A DNA stretch of 64,000 nucleotides from an uncultured Verminephrobacter sp. Its GTDB lineage: Bacteria; Pseudomonadota; Gammaproteobacteria; Burkholderiales; Burkholderiaceae_C. The DNA lies in the NCBI GenBank assembly GCA_964466605.1, contig CAYXSL010000002.1, forward strand, positions 2,871 through 66,870, given 5' to 3'. How positions within the stretch are numbered: position 1 is the first letter of the stretch; every line of letters starts with the position of its first letter. Made by a program: the position numbers and the translations under genes. Below are positions 54,098 through 62,916 of the stretch, piece by piece. The notes beneath the pieces are model-generated. The model was not told where the DNA came from. It ran no database searches and saw nothing but the letters and a program-made list of their open reading frames with translations.

Positions 54098-55947
54098 GGG
54101 GCGGGTGTGCGGGGAAAACTCAGCGTGAAACAGGTGCTCCAGGGCGCACGCTCGGTCAGCGCCACCGTACCGCCGTGGGCCGCCATGGTGCGGGCCACGA
54201 TGGCCAGGCCCAGCCCGGTGCCGCCGGGGCTGCGCGAGGCAAAGGGCTCGAACAGCCGGTCGCGGATTTCGGCGGGAACGCCGGGGCCGGCGTCGCACAC
54301 ATGCAGCAGCACGGTGGTGGCGGTGGTTTCGGCGTCGATGTGCACGTGGCTGTGGGTGCGGGCGGCCGCCGGGGCGGCGGCATCGCTGCCGGGGGCGGTG
54401 GCCATGCGCGCGTTTTCGAACAGGTTGGTCAACGCCTGGTCCACACGGCGTGGGTCGGCCTGCAGCCACAGCGGCTCGCTCAGCCCCGGCCCGAAGCTCA
54501 CATCCGGCAGGCGCAGCGCGGCATTGCGCACCTGGGCCGCCAGGTCGATGGTGCTGGGGGCCAGCTTCCAGGGCTTGGCAAAGTCCAGCAGGTCGTGCGT
54601 GAGGTGCGCAATGCGGGCCACCTGCTCGGCCACTTCGCGCCGTGTGTCGCTGGGCGCGGCGGCCACCGCCATGGAGATGATGTTCAGCGGGTTGCGGATG
54701 TCGTGTGCCACCGTGGCCGCCAGGGCGCCCAGCTCGGCCAGGCGGGCCTGCAGCTGGAGTTCGCGCTCGCGGGCGGCAAACTGCTGGGCCTGCTCCACAC
54801 GCTCGGCGGCTTCGGCCACCACGGTGCCAAACAGCTCGGCCACATGGCGCGGCCCGGGGGGCGCGGCGTCCCAGCCTTGCAGCGACACGGCCCAGCCCTC
54901 GCCCTCGCGGCCACACACCAGCTGTGGCGTGCTGCTGGTGGCGGGCGGGGCCTCGCCAATGTGCACCTCCACCTGCGTGCCGGTGCGTGTGCTGAGCAAG
55001 GCGGCGGCCTGTTCAGCCAGGGCCTGGGGCGTTTCGGCCGCCCACAGCGTGCGACGCCAGGCGGCCAGATCGGCGGCAGACACCTCGGCGCCTGGGTACA
55101 CCAGCCGCTCGGCCACGCGCCGCACGGGGCCATTGAGCGCCAGCACACTGGCCGCCACGGCCAGGCCGCCCAACCAGCGCGACTCCAGCGGCAACAGCGG
55201 CGTGAGCGCCACCACCACCAGCCCTACTACAACCCCCAGTACCAGCAGCAGCGCCCACACCAGGGCACGGCGTGCCCAGGCGTTGGCCACAAACACCCCG
55301 TAGCGCAGGATGCCGTACACCAGGATCAGCGAATAGAACGGCAGCCCCAGCAGCGGAAACGGGTAGATCGGCCAGCCCAGCACCGCAATGCCATAGCCTG
55401 CAAGACACAGCAGGCCCCACAGACACGACGCGGTGACGGCCGCGATCTGCCGGAACTTCTGCCCGTCGCCCAGGCGGCGCGCGCGCAGCAAGGCATGCAG
55501 CAGCACCCACACCCCGCCCGCGCCCAGGATGACCCAGGCCATGCTGGCCACCACCCCCACCTCATCGGCCACAGCAATCCAGCCGATGTCGCGGTGGTGC
55601 ACCAGGTGCGCGGGCACCAGCAGAATGGAAACCACCGAGGCGCCGCCGCCCAGCGCATAGGCCGCCGCCACGCCCCAGCGCCCCAGGTCCACGCGGCAGA
55701 ACACGGTGCAGAAGTGAAAGAACAGCGCCGACGTGAAGGGCGCCGTGGCCAGCAGGCGCATGGCCACCGGTTCGGTTTCGGGGCCGATCCAGTTGGGCAG
55801 CTCGTTGCCCACCATCCACACCGAGATGCCGGTCAAAAAGGCTGCCAGCAGGCGCGCACCCGCCACGCGGTCGGCCCAGGCCAGCAACAGGGCGGCCAGC
55901 ACCAGCGTTTCGAGCATCGAAAACCCGAGGACGGCGTGGATCAGCAT
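54094..55947 (-). CDS. Multi-TM sensor histidine kinase
   Basis: About 7-8 TM helices, AHDIRNPL, NLFENA, DAGPGV, FEPF, GTGLGLAI; ATGA overlap with the regulator. Confidence 0.9.
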   Translation of the reverse strand: MLIHAVLGFSMLETLVLAALLLAWADRVAGARLLAAFLTGISVWMVGNELPNWIGPETEPVAMRLLATAPFTSALFFHFCTVFCRVDLGRWGVAAAYALGGGASVVSILLVPAHLVHHRDIGWIAVADEVGVVASMAWVILGAGGVWVLLHALLRARRLGDGQKFRQIAAVTASCLWGLLCLAGYGIAVLGWPIYPFPLLGLPFYSLILVYGILRYGVFVANAWARRALVWALLLVLGVVVGLVVVALTPLLPLESRWLGGLAVAASVLALNGPVRRVAERLVYPGAEVSAADLAAWRRTLWAAETPQALAEQAAALLSTRTGTQVEVHIGEAPPATSSTPQLVCGREGEGWAVSLQGWDAAPPGPRHVAELFGTVVAEAAERVEQAQQFAARERELQLQARLAELGALAATVAHDIRNPLNIISMAVAAAPSDTRREVAEQVARIAHLTHDLLDFAKPWKLAPSTIDLAAQVRNAALRLPDVSFGPGLSEPLWLQADPRRVDQALTNLFENARMATAPGSDAAAPAAARTHSHVHIDAETTATTVLLHVCDAGPGVPAEIRDRLFEPFASRSPGGTGLGLAIVARTMAAHGGTVALTERAPWSTCFTLSFPRTPAP

Positions 55948-56063
55948 GCAAGAACCGACGGGGTGGGAGCGCTGTGCATGGCGGGGACCTGTTCCTGGGG
56001 TTAACGGTTTGGGCTGCGCGCACTGTAAACCAAGTATGCAGACCGGCCTGCGGATTTCAATGA

Positions 56064-56076
56064 AATCAAGCACTTG
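56064..56076 (+). promoter_or_regulatory. IHF site
   Basis: AATCAA-GCAC-TTG matches the WATCAANNNNTTR consensus. Confidence 0.65.
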
Positions 56077-56092
56077 CAGTGCATTCAGCACC

Positions 56093-56108
56093 TGGCCCGG
56101 GTTTCGCA
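56093..56108 (+). promoter_or_regulatory. Sigma54 -24/-12 promoter
   Basis: TGGCCCGGGTTTCGCA: GG-N10-GC spacing, divergent from a bEBP operon, 37 nt before the ATG at 56145. Confidence 0.7.
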
Positions 56109-56144
56109 ATAGGGAGTGCAACCGCCACTCTTGCCCAGCCCGCC

Positions 56145-56840
56145 ATGTTTGCCCTGTTCACCCCCACGCCCCGCCCTTGTGATGCCGCCCCGGCCCACCC
56201 CGCCCCCGCGCTGGACCTGCGCGCCATGGTGGGCGCAGCAGCCTGGGCGCGCCTGCCCGCTGCCGTGCAACGCCGCTTTGGCACGGCACATGCCGATGTG
56301 GCCTATGAAGGCCAGATGGACCTGCGCTGCTCGCGGGTCGGTCATGTCTATGCCGCGCTGACCCGGGCCTGGGGTGGCCCGCTGACCCACATCAACACCA
56401 CCGCCCTGCCCACCACCGTGCGCGTGAGCGGCAACGGGTGCGGTGGCGTGGTGTGGGAGCGCTGCTTTCACACCAGCACCGACAGCGGCGCGGGCCGCAC
56501 CGTGCGATCCACCAAGGAGCTGGGGCCCGATGGGCGCCTGCTGGAGCGCACCGACGGGGGCCTGGCCATGTCACTGGAGGTGCTGGAAGAAGACGGCGCG
56601 CTGGTGTTTCGCAGCCGCCGCTTCTGGTGGGTGCGGGGGCGCCTGCGCATCCCCGTGCCAGCCCTGCTGACCCCGGGCACCTGCCGCGTGGCGCACACCG
56701 ACCTGGGCGGCGGGCGCTTCCGCTTCACGCTGAGCATGGTGCACCCCTGGTGGGGGGAGACCTTCCACCAGTCCGGGGTGTTCAACGACCCCTGCACTGA
56801 AGACGCCAGCCCTGACTATTCTTCTTTGAACGCACTTTGA
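56145..56840 (+). CDS. DUF4166-type protein
   Basis: WARLPAAVQRRF, YEGQM, VVWERCF, FRFTLSMVHPWWG...HQSGVF. Confidence 0.75.
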   Translation: MFALFTPTPRPCDAAPAHPAPALDLRAMVGAAAWARLPAAVQRRFGTAHADVAYEGQMDLRCSRVGHVYAALTRAWGGPLTHINTTALPTTVRVSGNGCGGVVWERCFHTSTDSGAGRTVRSTKELGPDGRLLERTDGGLAMSLEVLEEDGALVFRSRRFWWVRGRLRIPVPALLTPGTCRVAHTDLGGGRFRFTLSMVHPWWGETFHQSGVFNDPCTEDASPDYSSLNAL

Positions 56841-56856
56841 ACAAGGACACCCGACC

Positions 56857-58353
56857 ATGAGTGCCATGACTCCCGTTTTTATGCTGCTCTCTGTCCAGGC
56901 CGCCATGGGCGCGTTTGACAACTGGTGGCACCACGAGCTGCAGGCGCGGCTGCCCCATCGCCCATCGGCCCGGTATGAGCTGGCGCTGCATGCGGCGCGC
57001 GAGGCGATCTATGGGGTGGTCTTTTTCGGGCTGGCCTGGTTTGCGTGGCATGGCGCCTGGGCAGCGCTGATTGCCGCACTGCTGTTGACCGAGCTGGGCA
57101 TCACCCTGGCGGATTTTCTGGAGGAAGACCGCACCCGGCGCCTGCCCCCGCTGGAGCGGGTGCTGCACACGCTGCTGACCATCAGCTACGGCCTGTTCCT
57201 GGGGCTGATGGCGCCGGTGCTGTGGGGCTGGCTGCAGCAGCCCACCGCCCTGGTGGTGGCGCCCCACGGCTGGGTTTCGTGGCTGTTTACCGCGTTTGCG
57301 CTGGGGGTATGGGCCTGGAGCGTGCGCAACCTGCGGGCCGTGTTGCGCCTGCGGCGTGCGGCAGCAGCACCGGCAGCCCAGCCCCAGGCTGTGCCGGGCG
57401 ACAGCCAGCACCACACCGCCCCCGCCACCCTGGTCACCGGTGCCACGGGGTTTGTGGGCAGCGCCCTGGTGGCGCAGCTGCTGCAGGGTGGCCAGCGCGT
57501 GATTGTGCTGACGCGCGATGTGCTGCAGGCCCGCGCCAGCCTGGGCCCGGGCGTGTGGGCGGTGGACTCGCTGGACGCGATCCCGCCAGAAACCCGCATC
57601 GACGCCGTGGTCCAGCTCGCCGGGGCGCGGGTGCTGGGCATGCCCTGGACGGCTGCGCGCAGGCGTGTGCTGCTGGCAAGCCGGGTGGACACCACCATGG
57701 CCGTGGTCGCGCTGATGCGGCGCCTGCACCAGCGCCCCCGGGTGCTGGTCTGCGCATCGGCCGTGGGGTTTTATGGCGCGTCGCCCAACGCCTCGATGGA
57801 GCCGCTGCATGAGGCCGCGCCACCGCGCCCGGGCGAGTTCCAGTCCGACCTGTGCGCCGCGATAGAACACGAAGCCCGGCGCGCCGAAGCACTGGGCGTG
57901 CGCGTGGTGCGCCTGCGCCTGGGGGTGGTGCTGGGCCACGGCGGCGGTGCCTACCCGCTGCAGGCCCTGAGCGCCCGCCTGGGCCTGGGTGCCGTGCTGG
58001 GCCACGGCCGCCAGGCCGCGCCGTGGATCCACCTGGCCGATGCGGTGGGGCTGATCCGGTTTGCGCTGACCCGCAACGATGTGCAGGGGCCCATCAACGC
58101 AGTGGCGCCCGGTGCCGTATCGCAGCGCGGCTTTGTGCAGGCCCTGGCCGCGTCGTTTGGGCAGCGCGTGTGGCTCGCCATGCCCGCCGCCCCGTTGCGC
58201 TGGGCGCTGGGTGAGATGTCCACCCTGCTGCTGGATGGGCAGAACGTGGTGCCCCAGGCGGCACTGGACCTGGGTTACCAGTTCGTGTACCCCGACCTGC
58301 CAAGTGCCCTGCGGGATCTCGCGGCCCGTGGCGAGGGTGGCGGGACACCGTGA
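56857..58353 (+). CDS. TIGR01777-family NAD-dependent epimerase with N-terminal membrane domain
   Basis: N-terminal GAFDNWWHHE with TM helices; LVTGATGFVGS, VVQLAGA, SRVDTT, SAVGFYG, WIHLAD, INAVAP. Confidence 0.85.
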   Translation: MSAMTPVFMLLSVQAAMGAFDNWWHHELQARLPHRPSARYELALHAAREAIYGVVFFGLAWFAWHGAWAALIAALLLTELGITLADFLEEDRTRRLPPLERVLHTLLTISYGLFLGLMAPVLWGWLQQPTALVVAPHGWVSWLFTAFALGVWAWSVRNLRAVLRLRRAAAAPAAQPQAVPGDSQHHTAPATLVTGATGFVGSALVAQLLQGGQRVIVLTRDVLQARASLGPGVWAVDSLDAIPPETRIDAVVQLAGARVLGMPWTAARRRVLLASRVDTTMAVVALMRRLHQRPRVLVCASAVGFYGASPNASMEPLHEAAPPRPGEFQSDLCAAIEHEARRAEALGVRVVRLRLGVVLGHGGGAYPLQALSARLGLGAVLGHGRQAAPWIHLADAVGLIRFALTRNDVQGPINAVAPGAVSQRGFVQALAASFGQRVWLAMPAAPLRWALGEMSTLLLDGQNVVPQAALDLGYQFVYPDLPSALRDLAARGEGGGTP

Positions 58354-58366
58354 TGTGGTGGCCCGG

Positions 58367-58996
58367 CTACAGGGCCTGGCTCCGCCCCAAGGCCACATGC
58401 TGCAGCAGCATGATGGTTTTGCCGTCCTGGATCGTGCCGCTGGCAATGCCTGCCAGGGCCTCTGCCAGGGGCATCTCGATCACTTCGATGTCTTCGCCCT
58501 CCCCCTCCAGGCCACCGCCGGTGCGGATGCGGTCGCCGGGCTCATATTCGGCGATGAAGAAGTGCAGCTTCTCCGTCACTGAGCCCGGGCTCATGTAGGC
58601 CTCGAACACCTTACACGGCTGGCGCACGCGGTAGCCGGTTTCTTCCTCGGCCTCGCGGCGGATACAGATTTCGGGGTCGTCTCCGTCAAGCAGGCCTGCA
58701 CAGGTCTCGATCAGCAGGCCGTCGGTACAGCCGTTGAGAAACGCGGGCAGCCGGAACTGGCGCGTGAGCACCACCATGCTGCGGCGCGGGTCAAACAACA
58801 GCAGCGCAGCGCCATTGCCCCGGTCATAGGCCTCGCGGCTCATCGTCTGCCATTGGCCGTCGCGCCTGCGCAGCGAACAGGTGACCTTGCGCAGCACGTA
58901 CCAGTTGTCGGACAGCAGCTGCACATCCAGCAACTTCACATGCTCGGTGCGGGCATTCAGCTCGGCGATGGGGATATCGGGCACGGGGCGGCTCAT
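58367..58996 (-). CDS. nudK: GDP-mannose pyrophosphatase (Nudix)
   Basis: LLSDNWYVL, REAYDRGNGA, TRQFRLP, Nudix box AGLLDGDDPEICIRREAEEETG, YMSPG. Confidence 0.88.
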   Translation of the reverse strand: MSRPVPDIPIAELNARTEHVKLLDVQLLSDNWYVLRKVTCSLRRRDGQWQTMSREAYDRGNGAALLLFDPRRSMVVLTRQFRLPAFLNGCTDGLLIETCAGLLDGDDPEICIRREAEEETGYRVRQPCKVFEAYMSPGSVTEKLHFFIAEYEPGDRIRTGGGLEGEGEDIEVIEMPLAEALAGIASGTIQDGKTIMLLQHVALGRSQAL

Positions 58997-59187
58997 GCAA
59001 GGCTTTCTTCGGGCGGGCTTTGGTGGCAACGCGCGGCAGGCGCGCACTGGAAGGCACAGCGGTAGGGTGGCAGGTGCATGTTTTGATGAATAGAAATGGG
59101 CCACATCATGCACAAACATGCATGCAACAGGCACTGCGCAAAAAGCTGCAGGCAGGTGGCGCCAAGGTGAAGATCGCTGCAGGCTGA

Positions 59188-60093
59188 TCAGGCAACGACG
59201 GTGCCGGCGCCTTGGCGCAGGTGTGCAACCAGGGCCGCAGCAAAGCCCGTCAGCGCCGCGCCTTTGCGCACGCAGATCTGCAGGTCACGCTGCGCCCAGG
59301 GCTCGTCCAGCTCCACCAGCACCGGCGGCTCGCTCAGCCCTGCCACCTGCAAGGCCGCGCCCCGGGGCACCAGGCCTATGCCCACGCCCGCGCCCACCAT
59401 GCGGCACACGGCCTCGAAGCTGCGCACCTGGATACGCACGTCCAGGTGCCGCCCCAGCGCGGCGGCCGCATTCATCGTGAAGGTGTGGATGGCCGAGCCC
59501 GCGTGCAGCATCACAAAGGCATGGTCCAGCACCTGGGCAAACGCCACAAGGCCGCGCCCTGCGAGCGCATGGCCTGCGGGCACGATGAGCACCAGGCGGT
59601 CTTGCCGGTAGGGCTCCAGTTCCACCCCGGCGCCGGTGCCGCTGTCCGCCAGCACGCCGACCTCGATCTCGCCGTTGGCCACGGCGACCACGATCTCCGC
59701 GCTCGTGCGCTCCTCCAGGCTCACGCTGACCTGGGGGTGGCGCTTCAGAAAGCCCGCCAGGTCGTCGGGCAAAAAGGTGTGCGTGGCATGTGTATTGGCC
59801 CACAGGCTCACATGGCCGCGAATGCCGGTGGCAAAGGGCGAGAGGTTGGCGTGCATCTGCTCGATGCTGGCCAGCACTTGGCGGGCGTTGCGCAGCAGGG
59901 CCTCGCCCGCCCGGGTCAGCGCCACGCCGCGCGTCTGGCGCTCGAAGAGCGAGGTGTTCAGCGCCTCCTCCAGCCGCCGCAGCCGGTGGCTGGCCGACGA
60001 CGGCGCCAGGTAGGCACGCGCCGCGCCGCGTGTGAGGTTGCGCTCTTCGGCAATGGCGACAAACAGGCGCAGGTCGGTAAGGTCGTAGTGCAA
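59188..60093 (-). CDS. LysR-family regulator
   Basis: YDLTDLRLFVAIAEERNLTRGA...SHRLRRLEE..LFER; TTG start. Confidence 0.92.
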   Translation of the reverse strand: MHYDLTDLRLFVAIAEERNLTRGAARAYLAPSSASHRLRRLEEALNTSLFERQTRGVALTRAGEALLRNARQVLASIEQMHANLSPFATGIRGHVSLWANTHATHTFLPDDLAGFLKRHPQVSVSLEERTSAEIVVAVANGEIEVGVLADSGTGAGVELEPYRQDRLVLIVPAGHALAGRGLVAFAQVLDHAFVMLHAGSAIHTFTMNAAAALGRHLDVRIQVRSFEAVCRMVGAGVGIGLVPRGAALQVAGLSEPPVLVELDEPWAQRDLQICVRKGAALTGFAAALVAHLRQGAGTVVA

Positions 60094-60240
60094 GGCGGGC
60101 TCCTTGCATTCGTCAATGACGAACGCATGGTTGCGAGATCAGCAATTGTGCCTTGCCGAATGCATAGGCAGGATGGTAAATGTCCCGATAAAAAGCACGC
60201 AAATCGTTCGGCCCAGCCGTATGAAATGCACCAACCGCCC

Positions 60241-61206
60241 ATGCCCTGGAAACACTGGTCCTCCGAACGCCTCGGTCTTGTCCTCGCCATCCTGGCGGCG
60301 CTGGGCTTCTCCTTCAAAGCCATCTTTGTGAAGCTGGCCTATGCCGTGCCCCAGGCCGTGCCGGTGGATTCCGTCACCCTGCTATGCCTGCGCATGGCGT
60401 TTTCGGTGCCCGTATTCGCCTGGGTGGGCTGGCGCGCCAGCCGCCACCTGGCGCCGCTGGCCGGGCGCGACTGGCTGGCCATCGTGGCGCTGGGCCTGCT
60501 GGGCTACTACGGCGCGAGCATCCTCGACTTCATCGGCCTGCAGTACATCACCGCCAGCCTGGAGCGGTTGATCCTGTTCACCTACCCCACGCTCACCATC
60601 CTGATCGGTGTGCTGTTCATGGGCAAGCGCGCCTCGCAGCGCGAGCTGGGGGCGCTGCTGCTGTCCTACGCGGGCATTGGCCTGGCGTTTGCGCACGACC
60701 TGCATGTGGCGGGCGACACGCGGGCCGTGCTCATCGGCGCGGGCTTTGTGTTTGGCTCGGCCGTGTCGTATGCGTTCTACCAGGCGGGCAGCGAGCCCGC
60801 CATCCGGCGCATGGGCGCGGCGCGCTTCACAGCGCTGGCCATGCTGGTCTCCACCGGCGCCACGCTGCTGCACTTTGTGGTGTCGCAACCCGCCAGTGCG
60901 CTGGTGCAGCCCGCGCCGGTCTACCTGCATGCGCTGGGCATGGCCGTGTTCTCGACCGTGTTGCCGGTGTTCATGACCTCCGCCGCCATCCGCCGTATCG
61001 GTGCGTCCAAGACCGCGCTCATCGGCACGCTGGGCCCCATCCTGACCATCTTTTTTGGCGCCTGGCTGCTGGGCGAGCCCTTGTCAGGCTGGCAACTGGG
61101 GGGCGCCGCCCTGGTGTTGGCGGGGGTCCTGCTGATCAGCAAAATCAGCATTCAAACAGGCCTTCTGCGCCTGATGGACAAGACTTTATTGCTATACAAA
61201 CGATAG
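60241..61206 (+). CDS. DMT/EamA family transporter
   Basis: GFSFKAIFVK, YITASLERLILFTYP, about 10 TM helices; divergent from LysR. Confidence 0.88.
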   Translation: MPWKHWSSERLGLVLAILAALGFSFKAIFVKLAYAVPQAVPVDSVTLLCLRMAFSVPVFAWVGWRASRHLAPLAGRDWLAIVALGLLGYYGASILDFIGLQYITASLERLILFTYPTLTILIGVLFMGKRASQRELGALLLSYAGIGLAFAHDLHVAGDTRAVLIGAGFVFGSAVSYAFYQAGSEPAIRRMGAARFTALAMLVSTGATLLHFVVSQPASALVQPAPVYLHALGMAVFSTVLPVFMTSAAIRRIGASKTALIGTLGPILTIFFGAWLLGEPLSGWQLGGAALVLAGVLLISKISIQTGLLRLMDKTLLLYKR

Positions 61207-61207
61207 C
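61143..61207 (-). repeat. Dispersed ~65-bp repeat, copy h (encodes the DMT C-terminal tail)
   Basis: ATTCAAACAGGCCTTCTGCGCCTGATGGACAAGACTTTATT + GCTATACAAACGATAGC core. Confidence 0.75.
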
Positions 61208-61255
61208 AATCTCGGTTCCAGCGTTCACTCCACCCCATCAGGCGCGCAGAGGCGT

Positions 61256-61279
61256 AAAAAAGCCCGCACAGGGCGGGCT
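61256..61279 (-). terminator. Intrinsic terminator after the aspartate kinase gene
   Basis: Minus strand AGCCCGC-cctgt-GCGGGCT followed by a T run. Confidence 0.75.
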
Positions 61280-61304
61280 CTGCAGACTGGACGCGAGATC
61301 CTTC

Positions 61305-62726
61305 TCAGGCGCGCGGAACGGGTGCGCCGGAGTTCACGCACAGTGCCAGGTTCAGCGCCTTGATCGCGGTCTTGTAGTCCTCGCGTTCGATCACGAACTG
61401 CATGTTCACCTGGCGCAGTGTCTGCGACACGCAGTTCACGTTGACCTGTGCATCGGCCAGTGCCTGCGCGGCCTTGGCCAGCACGCCGGGGATGCCGATG
61501 TTGGAGCCGATGGTGCACACGATCGCGCTGGGCTTGATCGTCACGACCTGGTAGTCCTCCTGCAGCTGAGCCACCAGCTCGGGCGTGACCTGGCTGTCCC
61601 ACACCAGGTGCGCGATCGAGTTGGCGTTGGTCGCCTTCAGGATGTAGCTCACATCGTGCTTGCAGAACACGTTCATCAGGCCCGCATCGAAGCCCACGGT
61701 GCCCACCATGCTGGGGTCGTGGATCTCGATCAGCGTGACCTTGTCGGTGCCGGTCACGATCTCCACGCGGGCGCGCTCGCCCACAAAGTCCTTGGTGATC
61801 AGCGTGCCGGGGTGGTCGGGCTCAAAAGTGTTCTTCAGGCGGATCGGGATGCCGGCCAATTCCATGGGCTTGGCGGCCTTGGGGTGGATGGCTTCCATGC
61901 CCACATCGGCCAGCTGGTCGGCCACGTCGTAGTTGGTGGCGCCCACCACGATGGCGTTTTCCAGGCCGACCAGGTTGGGGTCGGCAGACGACAGGTGGAA
62001 TTCCTTGTGGATCACGGCCTCGGCGGGGCGCACTTCCACAGCGATCTTGCTGAACGTGACCTCGGAATAGCCGCGGTCAAACTCGCGCATGATGCCTTCG
62101 GTGCCCTTGGTGTAGCCTGTGGCCACAATCACGCTGTTGGCCAGGTCCAGGTCCTTGAAGCTGTGCGCAATGCGCTCGTCAATCGTCCAGGCCTCGTTGT
62201 CGTCAAAGCCGGCCAGGTCCATCAGCACGGCCTTCACGCCGTTGGCCTTGAGGATCTCGACCGAGTTGAACGCGCTGTGCGATTCGCCGATCGAGGCCAG
62301 CACCTCGCGCGCGGCCAGCAGCACGTCGTGGCGGCTCAGGTAGCCGCTGGCCAGCACATGCTGCATGGCCCCCAGGTACTCGCGCGCCTGGCCAATGCGC
62401 TGGTCGATGAAGGCATCGGCCACATCCAGAGGCAGGCCCAGATCGGCATAGCCTGCGTTGAGCTTTTTCAGGCTGGTGGCCAGGTGGGCCAGCGCATCCT
62501 GGTAGCCCTTGCCTTCAGCAAACAGCGCATAGATGCCGCGCTCGCCCGTCTTCTTGTGCTCCAGCAGCTGGTTCGTCACGCCCGAGTAGGCCGACACCAC
62601 GTAAATGCGGCCATAAATGCGCTTGGGATCGTGCAGCATGATGTGGCGCAGCACATCGCCAAAGGCGGTCATGGAAGTGCCGCCGATCTTCTCGACAGAG
62701 ATCTTGGAGTTTTGAACGTCTTGCAT
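61305..62726 (-). CDS. ask: Aspartate kinase of the ectoine-associated (Ask_Ect-like) type
   Basis: VEKIGGTSM, RIYVVSAYSGVTNQLLEHKK, FDRGYSEVTFS, HKEFHLSSADP, ACT-like C-terminus. Confidence 0.85.
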   Translation of the reverse strand: MQDVQNSKISVEKIGGTSMTAFGDVLRHIMLHDPKRIYGRIYVVSAYSGVTNQLLEHKKTGERGIYALFAEGKGYQDALAHLATSLKKLNAGYADLGLPLDVADAFIDQRIGQAREYLGAMQHVLASGYLSRHDVLLAAREVLASIGESHSAFNSVEILKANGVKAVLMDLAGFDDNEAWTIDERIAHSFKDLDLANSVIVATGYTKGTEGIMREFDRGYSEVTFSKIAVEVRPAEAVIHKEFHLSSADPNLVGLENAIVVGATNYDVADQLADVGMEAIHPKAAKPMELAGIPIRLKNTFEPDHPGTLITKDFVGERARVEIVTGTDKVTLIEIHDPSMVGTVGFDAGLMNVFCKHDVSYILKATNANSIAHLVWDSQVTPELVAQLQEDYQVVTIKPSAIVCTIGSNIGIPGVLAKAAQALADAQVNVNCVSQTLRQVNMQFVIEREDYKTAIKALNLALCVNSGAPVPRA

Positions 62727-62916
62727 GGGCAGGCTCAGGGGAGCAAACAAGTGAATAAGCCGGGCGGAAGTGCTGCCCCAGGGCGCGCGGCAGCAAACCC
62801 GGTATTTTCCACCACTTTTGTCGGGGCACTTTGGCGGGGCCGATAGGCGGCGGCTTGATCCCGCTTCCAGCGGGCTGCAATGTCGCAAGCCGAATGAGCC
62901 ACCAACCTACCCGGTA

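Noticed and set aside
62730-62916. Lysine riboswitch upstream of the aspartate kinase
   Set aside because: Stems are present but the conserved AGAGG-type core and multi-stem layout are not; kept only as an unassigned structured leader.
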